A stretch of DNA of 64,000 bases. Source: Longimicrobiales bacterium (GTDB lineage: Bacteria > Gemmatimonadota > Gemmatimonadetes > Longimicrobiales > Gaopeijiaceae). The position numbers and the translations under genes were made by a program. Shown in pieces: positions 57,395 through 64,000 of the stretch. The stretch covers positions 1,856,001-1,920,000 of the forward strand of contig CBDFIQ010000002.1 of NCBI GenBank assembly GCA_965248195.1, given 5' to 3'. The notes beneath the pieces were generated by a model. The model had not been told where the DNA came from. It was given only the letters and a program-made list of their open reading frames with translations, and searched no databases. The first letter of the stretch is position 1, and every line of letters begins with the position of its first letter.

Positions 57395-58789
57395 TCAACG
57401 TATCTCCCGCCCTAATTGGTGGCGCAGGGACTCCTCCAGTCCCGGATACATGAACTCGAAGCCCGTTGTCTCGGCCACCGCGGGCTGGACTCTCTGCCCT
57501 TGCAGCAGCATCTCCTTTCCCATCTCGCCAAACAGCGCATGGACCGCCAGACCGGGTACGGGGATGAGGGTCGGGCGCTCGAGTACGCGGCCGAGCGTCC
57601 CGGTGAAGGAAGCGTTCGGAACGGGATAGGGTGCCGTGGCATTCACGGCTCCACGGATCGACGGCGTATGGATGACGTGAATGATCAGGCTCAACAAATC
57701 GTCATGATCGATCCAACTCACGTACTGCCGCCCGCTCCCAAGCCGTCCACCTACGCCGATCTTGAAGGGGAGAAGCATGGTGCCGAGCGCGCCGCCCGCC
57801 GGCGTCAGCGTGAGGCCGGTCCGAAGGTTGACGACACGGATGCCCATCCGTGCCGCGGGACGCGCGGCCTCCTCCCACGCCCCGCAGAGCTCGGCAAGAA
57901 ATCCCCTCCCCTGCCTTGCACTCTCACTCAAGGGATTATTGCCGCGATTCCCGTAGAAGCCCACGGCCGAAGCAGACACCAGCACCCTGGGAGGCCGCCG
58001 AAGACTTGCCAACGCGCGTGAAAGGTGCGCCGTGCCCTCGACCCTGCTCGCCCAGATGCGCTTCTTTTTCTCTTCGGTCCAACGCAGGCCGAGTAGTGGC
58101 TCACCCGCCAGGTGTACGACCGCGTCGAGCTCCTCCAACCCCTCCTTCTCGACCGTGCCCTCGATCGGGTCCCAAAGCGCGTCTTGGGAAGTCTGCTCTT
58201 TCCGGCTCCGGATCAGGCGAACGACATGGTGGCCCCCGGTGGTGAGCACGTCGCAAAGGGCACGGCCGATGAGGCCACTCGAACCGGTCACGGCGATCCT
58301 CAGGGGTGTGCCATCCCCGTATCGCGAAATCCGGTCGAGGTCGTTCTGGAGCCGATGGTGTCGGAAGGTGAAGACCCGCTCCAGCTCCACCTCGACACTC
58401 GACCCGCCGAGCAGACGTCCGGCGGCGCCCACGGGCAACTCCCAATCGACATGGTCCTCCACGGTGCATCCGCCCTCGCTCTCCGGCTCGAAGCGATGGG
58501 TGTGGACCCATCGAGTGAACGGTCCCCGGACCTGCTCGTCACGGAAAAGGTGGTATAGCTCGAAATCAGTGTGCAGCACCTCGATCCGGATCTCGGTTGG
58601 ACCCCGCCGCACACGAAATGAGACCCGCCCGCCCGTGGCCGGAGTTCCTTCGCGGCTCTCGATCGTGACGCTTTCCCAGGGCGGGATGAGTCGCTCGAGG
58701 GCACCTGGGCGCATATGCCACGCGAACACGTCCGCAACCGCATGGTTCAAGCGGGTTCGGTGAACGAATTCAGGCATGTCCCACGTCAA
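57395..58789 (-). CDS. TIGR01777 family NAD-dependent epimerase-like protein with an N-terminal SRPBCC domain
   Basis: VFAWH.RPGAL.RL.PPW and GPF..W.H.H.F (SRPBCC); TGSSGLIG, SASAVGFYG, G.G.QY.SWI. Confidence 0.9.
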   Translation of the reverse strand: MTWDMPEFVHRTRLNHAVADVFAWHMRPGALERLIPPWESVTIESREGTPATGGRVSFRVRRGPTEIRIEVLHTDFELYHLFRDEQVRGPFTRWVHTHRFEPESEGGCTVEDHVDWELPVGAAGRLLGGSSVEVELERVFTFRHHRLQNDLDRISRYGDGTPLRIAVTGSSGLIGRALCDVLTTGGHHVVRLIRSRKEQTSQDALWDPIEGTVEKEGLEELDAVVHLAGEPLLGLRWTEEKKKRIWASRVEGTAHLSRALASLRRPPRVLVSASAVGFYGNRGNNPLSESARQGRGFLAELCGAWEEAARPAARMGIRVVNLRTGLTLTPAGGALGTMLLPFKIGVGGRLGSGRQYVSWIDHDDLLSLIIHVIHTPSIRGAVNATAPYPVPNASFTGTLGRVLERPTLIPVPGLAVHALFGEMGKEMLLQGQRVQPAVAETTGFEFMYPGLEESLRHQLGREIR

Positions 58790-61700
58790 TCGGCAGTGGG
58801 TGCCGCCTTGCTCGTACGGGATTCCATCGGGAAAAGCGTGGCGAGGAATGCCCGAACCCGCGGCATGAAGTTGTCATCCTTGATTACCACGGCGGATGCC
58901 TTGTCGGCCAATTGGGCCTCTTCCGCCGACGTGAGCCGTTTGCCGGTCATGGCGACGACGGGAAGACCCTTGTGATAACGGCTCTCGCGCATTCGGTCGA
59001 GGAATTCGAAGCCGTCCATCACCGGCATCCGCAAGTCCAGTAGGACCGCAGCGGGGGTGTCCCTTTCGAGAAAAAGTAGGGCCTCCTCTCCGTTCGACAC
59101 GCAGTGGACGTCTAGATCGTCCACCGCCAATCCCCTCTCGAGGAGCGTCTGAATGTCAGGATCGTCGTCGATCAGCAGTACCCTCCGCCCATGCTGATTC
59201 ACGAGCTGCCGCCACAAAATACGTAAGACGTCCGACCGCTCGATCGGCTTCGTCAGCAGATCCACCGCTCCAAAGAGTCGTCCTCGCCCCTCGTTGGCCG
59301 CGACGCTCGCGATGACCACCGGAATATGACTCACCTCCGGATCCGCCTTCAGCCTCCGCAGCACCTCCCAACCATCCACGTCGGGCATGTGTAGGTCGAG
59401 CATCACGAGATCCGGTCGGTGCGTCAGGACCATCTCGAGCCCCACGGTTCCCGATGAGGCCTGAAGAACCTCGCAACCGAAATCGGCGAGGTAGTCCTCC
59501 ATCAGTACGAGAGAGTCCGGGTCGTCGTCGATTGCCAGCACTTTGAAATGCTTGACCTCACCTCGCGCCTCACGCGGGCCAGTCTTTTCCTGCCCCGAAT
59601 TTCCCTTCCCGGAGCGAGTAGCCGCGTCGACATTGTCATCTGCAGCGGCCGCGCCAACCGTCAACGGCTCGACCTCTTCTCCATCGGGTCTCTGCGAACC
59701 CCGTTGGAGCGCGGTCTCCGAGGGGCTCCCAGAGCTCTCGAATGATGGAAAGACGATCTTGAACGTGGCGCCCTGGCCCACCTCACTCTCGACCGTGAGG
59801 TCGTACCCCATCAGGCGGCACATCGAGCGCGAGATCGCGAGGCCGAGGCCGGTGCCGCCGAACTGGCGTGTCGTCCCTGCTTCCGCCTGTTGAAACGCCT
59901 CGAAGATGGCCCCTAGGCGTTCCTTGGGAATCCCGATGCCGGTGTCAATGACGGAGACGCTAGTAGGCTGGCCAGTCGCCTCATTGATCTCGATCCGGAC
60001 CACGATCTCCCCCGACTCGGTGAACTTGAGCGCGTTTCCTACCAAGTTCACGATGACCTGCTTCAGCTTCGCGGGGTCTGTTTCGATTTCCTCCATCGTC
60101 TCGGGACCCTCAACGCGAACCTCCACCTCGGCCATACGGCTCCGAATCTGACCTTCGACGAGCGCCAACGCCTCATGAGCGAGGTTGCCGACGTCGACCG
60201 TCATGAGTTCCAGCTCCATGCGTCCGGACTCGACCTTTGCCAAATCGAGGATCTCGTTGATGAGCCCGAGTAGGTGGTTCCCATTGACCTGGATTCGATC
60301 CAGGAGGCCGAGCTCTGGGGACTTCAGGTTCTTCTTCTTGTTCTTCAGCAAGATGTTGGCGAAACCGATCACCGAGTTGAGCGGCGTACGCAACTCGTGG
60401 CTCATGTTCGCCAGAAACTGGCTCTTGGCCCGATTCGCGGCCTCCGCCTCGTTCTTGGCCGACACGAGATCCACCTCGGCCCGCCTCCGCCGCGTGATAT
60501 CCTTTCCGAACACCACAACTCCGGCCGAGTCTGCTTGGTCTCGGATCGGGCTGAAGAACAACTCGAGGTGTCGAAGCTCGCCATCCATCTCTTCGGAACG
60601 GATCTTGGACAAGCGCCCTGTCCTCATTACCTCGTCGTAAGCCTGTTGGAACCATATGGCTTGGTCGCTCGGATAAAGATCTTCCGGACCATCCCCTACG
60701 CTGGGCTCAAAACCCGTTCGCGACTCGACCGCCAGAGCGAAAGCAGCATTGAAGGTGATGAGTGCGTGATCGGAATTCACGGACCAGATCACGTCACCGG
60801 TACTTTCAACCAACGCATTGAGGTTGGCCCGTGAGCCCGCGAGCTCCCTCTCGGCCATGACGGTTTCAGTGACGTTCCGGATGATCGAGCGGACGGCCAC
60901 GACCTCTCCGCTGACCCGGCTGCAGTTGGCACTGATCGCACAGATGACGGGATCTCCGTCACCCGTATGTAACTCCGAGATGAAGCGCTCCATCGAGCCT
61001 CCCTCGGCGAGCCGCCGAAACGCTGTCTCGAGTTCGACCCGATTGGAGGGGCGAAGCAAGGAGTACAGGTTCTCACCCTTGACGGCCTCCTCCTCGAACC
61101 CGAACGTGGCCGTCCAAGCGCGATTGACGTAGGCCAGCGACCCCTCGGCATCGGTGATTTGAATAAGGTCGTTCGCGTTGTCGAGGAAGTCGCGAAGCCG
61201 CTGCTCGGTCTCGCCACGAACCTCCACCTCGCGAGCCATCGCGAGGTTCGTCTGGCGCACCGTCTCCAGTGCGGACGCCTCCGAGCGGAACGTCACGAAG
61301 ACGCTGATCATCAGCCCCGCCAGCACGCTCACGTCGGACCCGATCTTCAGGAGATGTGCGGCATCGGCGATTCCGTCGAACTCGCTCGTCGCGTACGCCA
61401 TATACATCCCGTGCAGGAAAACACTGATCATGAGCGAGATGAGCAGCCAATACTGGAAGGGTTCCGTGCGCCAATCTCCACGGCGGAGGTAACCCACCCA
61501 AGCGGCGAAGAAGAAGGTAGCCGGGATGAACTCGGCCGGCCGCCACACAACGAACTCGGGATTATACGCGGGGGGGAGGGGAAAGAAGGTGAACACCAGG
61601 AAGAAGGCGGTTGTCAAGACCGCGGCCAAGACGTAGACGAACAACTCCTGGGCGTGGGATGGCTCCGAATCGGATTCGTCCGACCCGAGAAAAACGCTCC

Positions 61701-62130
61701 CGAATAGGAACATCGACAAGAACAACCTCGAGGCCGTCCAAGTCCACGCGGCGCCGTCCGCGGTCTGGAGCCCAGTCGAGCCCCCGCCGATGAGCCCCGA
61801 AGTCATGACGGCGTGGTACCCATTCAGCAGTCCGGTACCGAGGAAGCCAGTACCGATGAACAGGAAGGTTTCCTGCTTCTTACTGTAGAAACGGACGAGA
61901 GAAAGGCTCCCGACGATCAGGGCCAGCGTCGTGCTGATGAATTCCCAGATGACGTGGCGGGCCTCGTTGTCAGCGAAGGGAAAGCGCCTGACGATGATCG
62001 CGAAGACGAAAAGAACCCCCAGGATCACCCAGTAGACGGTGGCCGACCGCTCCTTGTGAGGGTCCTGGGAAGAATCACCGGCCATCATTGAAGGCCCGCG
62101 CAAGGGTCCGTCGGAGCCGGATTCGCTCAC
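58786..62130 (-). CDS. Hybrid sensor histidine kinase (multi-TM sensor, 2 PAS, HisKA/HATPase, 2 REC)
   Basis: FLANMSHELRTPLN, NLVGNALKFT, DTGIG, GGTGLGL; receivers LAIDDD...LDLHMP and LLIDDD...LDLRMP. Confidence 0.93.
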   Translation of the reverse strand: MSESGSDGPLRGPSMMAGDSSQDPHKERSATVYWVILGVLFVFAIIVRRFPFADNEARHVIWEFISTTLALIVGSLSLVRFYSKKQETFLFIGTGFLGTGLLNGYHAVMTSGLIGGGSTGLQTADGAAWTWTASRLFLSMFLFGSVFLGSDESDSEPSHAQELFVYVLAAVLTTAFFLVFTFFPLPPAYNPEFVVWRPAEFIPATFFFAAWVGYLRRGDWRTEPFQYWLLISLMISVFLHGMYMAYATSEFDGIADAAHLLKIGSDVSVLAGLMISVFVTFRSEASALETVRQTNLAMAREVEVRGETEQRLRDFLDNANDLIQITDAEGSLAYVNRAWTATFGFEEEAVKGENLYSLLRPSNRVELETAFRRLAEGGSMERFISELHTGDGDPVICAISANCSRVSGEVVAVRSIIRNVTETVMAERELAGSRANLNALVESTGDVIWSVNSDHALITFNAAFALAVESRTGFEPSVGDGPEDLYPSDQAIWFQQAYDEVMRTGRLSKIRSEEMDGELRHLELFFSPIRDQADSAGVVVFGKDITRRRRAEVDLVSAKNEAEAANRAKSQFLANMSHELRTPLNSVIGFANILLKNKKKNLKSPELGLLDRIQVNGNHLLGLINEILDLAKVESGRMELELMTVDVGNLAHEALALVEGQIRSRMAEVEVRVEGPETMEEIETDPAKLKQVIVNLVGNALKFTESGEIVVRIEINEATGQPTSVSVIDTGIGIPKERLGAIFEAFQQAEAGTTRQFGGTGLGLAISRSMCRLMGYDLTVESEVGQGATFKIVFPSFESSGSPSETALQRGSQRPDGEEVEPLTVGAAAADDNVDAATRSGKGNSGQEKTGPREARGEVKHFKVLAIDDDPDSLVLMEDYLADFGCEVLQASSGTVGLEMVLTHRPDLVMLDLHMPDVDGWEVLRRLKADPEVSHIPVVIASVAANEGRGRLFGAVDLLTKPIERSDVLRILWRQLVNQHGRRVLLIDDDPDIQTLLERGLAVDDLDVHCVSNGEEALLFLERDTPAAVLLDLRMPVMDGFEFLDRMRESRYHKGLPVVAMTGKRLTSAEEAQLADKASAVVIKDDNFMPRVRAFLATLFPMESRTSKAAPTAD

Positions 62131-62507
62131 GTTGATCTAGCGAGCAAACGCTCAATGGCCCCCGTGAGAACTTCTTCATCGATGATCGGCTTCGTGACGT
62201 ACTCGTCGAAACCCATCTCGAGGTACCTTTCCCGATCGCCGGACATGGCATGGGCGGTCAGCGCGATAACGGGGAGGTGACGCAACGGCTCCTGAGACCG
62301 GACCCACTGGAGGACCTCGGCACCATCCATGCCCGGCAGAGAGATGTCGAGCAGAACGAGGTCGGGAATGTCATCGGCCAGGCCGTCCACGACCTCCATT
62401 CCGTTCTCGTACTCGGAGATCTCGTACTGGTCCTCGAGAATGGCCTGAACTAGGAGGCGATTGTCTTCGTTGTCCTCTACGACCGCGATCTTAGGCTTCA
62501 TTGCCAT
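62127..62507 (-). CDS. Single-domain response regulator (DivK/CheY-like)
   Basis: VVEDN, LLDISLPGMDG, IALTAHAM.GD, TKP. Confidence 0.92.
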   Translation of the reverse strand: MAMKPKIAVVEDNEDNRLLVQAILEDQYEISEYENGMEVVDGLADDIPDLVLLDISLPGMDGAEVLQWVRSQEPLRHLPVIALTAHAMSGDRERYLEMGFDEYVTKPIIDEEVLTGAIERLLARST

Positions 62508-62859
62508 CTCCCTCGACGATCACTTCCAACTCCTGAGCGGCCTGCGAGAAGGCCTGCTCGAGGTTGGGAATGAGATCACGAACTCGTTGGAGGTCGCCGC
62601 CCGATGCGGCCGCCTCAAGCTCACTTGCGATCTCCTGGAGGAGTTGCGCACCGACATTGGCAGCGCTGGACTTCAGAGAATGCGCGCCTCGCTCGGGGAC
62701 GACGAGATCCTCGCCGTCCATGGCCCCGCGAATCTGGTCGACCCGCGTGGGACCGTTTTCCAGGAACAGTCGAACGATCTCTTTTGAAAGATTCACACCG
62801 CCCCAGCCCTCTAACCTTTTGAGGGCGGCCGGGTCGATGATGGTGGGATCTATAGGCAT
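62491..62859 (-). CDS. Hpt domain protein
   Basis: AHSLKSSAANVGA phosphotransfer motif. Confidence 0.92.
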   Translation of the reverse strand: MPIDPTIIDPAALKRLEGWGGVNLSKEIVRLFLENGPTRVDQIRGAMDGEDLVVPERGAHSLKSSAANVGAQLLQEIASELEAAASGGDLQRVRDLIPNLEQAFSQAAQELEVIVEGDGNEA

Positions 62860-62929
62860 GGGTTCTCAGTTCAATGTTTTTCCCCCGGAGCGTTCACCTT
62901 GGCGCATCGCTGACGGGCCGCGATCGATT

Positions 62930-63676
62930 TCAAGTTTCCCTCTCCGGGTGATGATAGAATGGCCCGTCTTTATGGGGTAGGAGCTGATCGACGAGTCCGG
63001 ACCCGGTTTCCCAGGCATCGAACTCCTCGACCAAATCTCGGTCCCATCGATCTCCGGCGGAGCGAAGACGACCCTCGAGCCACTCAGGGGCCCCAAAACC
63101 GATGGCCCGACGATAAACCTCCGCCACCTCAAATATCTTGTCCGCATACCCACCCACGTCAAGCGCGACGGTTGGGAGGCTGGAGTGCACACCCCGCATC
63201 GTGAAGATGGGGCAGAACGCTCTGTGGGGTTGCTCCGGCGCGACCACCTTGGAGATGCGTGCGAAATTAACCGCATCGCGGGCGATTTTTCCCGTCGCCT
63301 GGTGGTCCGGGTGCCGAAACCCTCGGGCCCAGGCGTCCCCCCACGTAAGGAGGCCATGGGGTCGGATCTCCGCCATCACCCGGGCGACCTCGTCGCCCGC
63401 CTCAGGCGTCGCCTGGACCGCGGAGTCCGGAAACGAAAGGAAGCGTCCCTCGACGCCCAAACACTCCACCACCCGCATGCCCAGCTCCATACGGCGCTCG
63501 GCGACTTCCGCCTTGGGGAGGGGGCCGAAAGCGTCGGTCATTTCCCCTCGTGTGAGCCAGAGCACTACGACCCTCGAGCCGGCAGCGCGTTGGGCGAGTA
63601 AAGCGCCGGCACAGAGCACCTCATCGTCCGGGTGCGCAAGCACCGCGAGGAGCGTCGGCGGGCTCGGCGTGTTCAC
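62930..63676 (-). CDS. PIG-L family deacetylase
   Basis: AHPDDE, TRGE, HPDH motifs. Confidence 0.9.
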   Translation of the reverse strand: MNTPSPPTLLAVLAHPDDEVLCAGALLAQRAAGSRVVVLWLTRGEMTDAFGPLPKAEVAERRMELGMRVVECLGVEGRFLSFPDSAVQATPEAGDEVARVMAEIRPHGLLTWGDAWARGFRHPDHQATGKIARDAVNFARISKVVAPEQPHRAFCPIFTMRGVHSSLPTVALDVGGYADKIFEVAEVYRRAIGFGAPEWLEGRLRSAGDRWDRDLVEEFDAWETGSGLVDQLLPHKDGPFYHHPERET

Positions 63677-64000
63677 TAGACTGCGTCCGCTCCACCGCCC
63701 TCGGCCGCTCCACCGTCCTTGGCCGCGCCTCCCTCCTTGGCCGCGCCTCCCTCCTCGGCCGCACCTCCCTCCTCGGCCGCACGTCGGATCAGCCGAATCG
63801 CCTCCGCGATTCCATCCGGATGCCGAAATACTGCCGCCCCGGCCACAAGCACCGAGGCCCCCGCCTCGCCCGCTTCGCCCGCGGTATCGACGTTTATGCC
63901 GCCATCCACCTCGAGTTGGGCGCCGTCTGCACCGGATTCGTCGAGCATCGCCCGGAGTCCACGAATTTTTTCGGTACTCGCTGGGATGTACGCCTGCCCA
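63676..64000 (-). CDS. rpe: Ribulose-phosphate 3-epimerase, 3' part (5' end outside the window)
   Basis: GQAYIP...EKIR, EVDGGIN, AGA.VLVAG.AVF. Confidence 0.9.
   Translation of the reverse strand, partial: GQAYIPASTEKIRGLRAMLDESGADGAQLEVDGGINVDTAGEAGEAGASVLVAGAAVFRHPDGIAEAIRLIRRAAEEGGAAEEGGAAKEGGAAKDGGAAEGGGADAV
63691..63780. repeat. Five imperfect 18-bp tandem repeats encoding (AAxxGG)5 at the Rpe C-terminus
   Basis: Units start at 63691, 63709, 63727, 63745 and 63763, each ending GGCCGC on the + strand. Confidence 0.9.

Noticed and set aside
1..64000. CRISPR array or cas genes; rRNA
   Set aside because: No repeat-spacer periodicity, Cas-like ORF or rRNA-like sequence seen; the 18-bp repeats at 63691-63780 are contiguous and coding.

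Overview
High-GC bacterial chromosomal window. The protein repertoire looks like a Gemmatimonadota (Longimicrobiales-like) genome; this is an inference, no search was run. About 1-47 kb is housekeeping, mostly on the minus strand: S41 protease, xerD, dedA, ispF, the yceD-rpmF-plsX-fabH-fabD-fabG-acpP-fabF cluster, ndk, sucCD, UPF0182, a phosphomannomutase, a complete nuoA-N operon, dcd, a cold-shock gene and a five-gene MoxR/DUF58/VWA operon. The nuo operon has a sigma70-like promoter with a Rex-like operator, and a ~307-bp MITE lies between nuoB and nuoC. About 47-55.9 kb is an accessory, decaying region ending at tRNA-Leu(TAA). It holds two degenerate enzyme-like genes (GGDEF and NDT/TIR-like), a beta-barrel, an IS3 and an IS256 that both lack target duplications and are flanked by headless gene remnants, an integrase remnant and an IS110 remnant. 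The most interesting signal is the ~300-nt non-coding end of that IS110 remnant: folded by eye it resembles a bridge/seekRNA, and it carries one short segment complementary to the adjacent flank and another identical to the element end. The last ~8 kb hold trmH, a TIGR01777 protein, an Hpt-REC-hybrid kinase phosphorelay, a PIG-L deacetylase and the end of rpe. All calls come from motif recognition and manual sequence comparison only.
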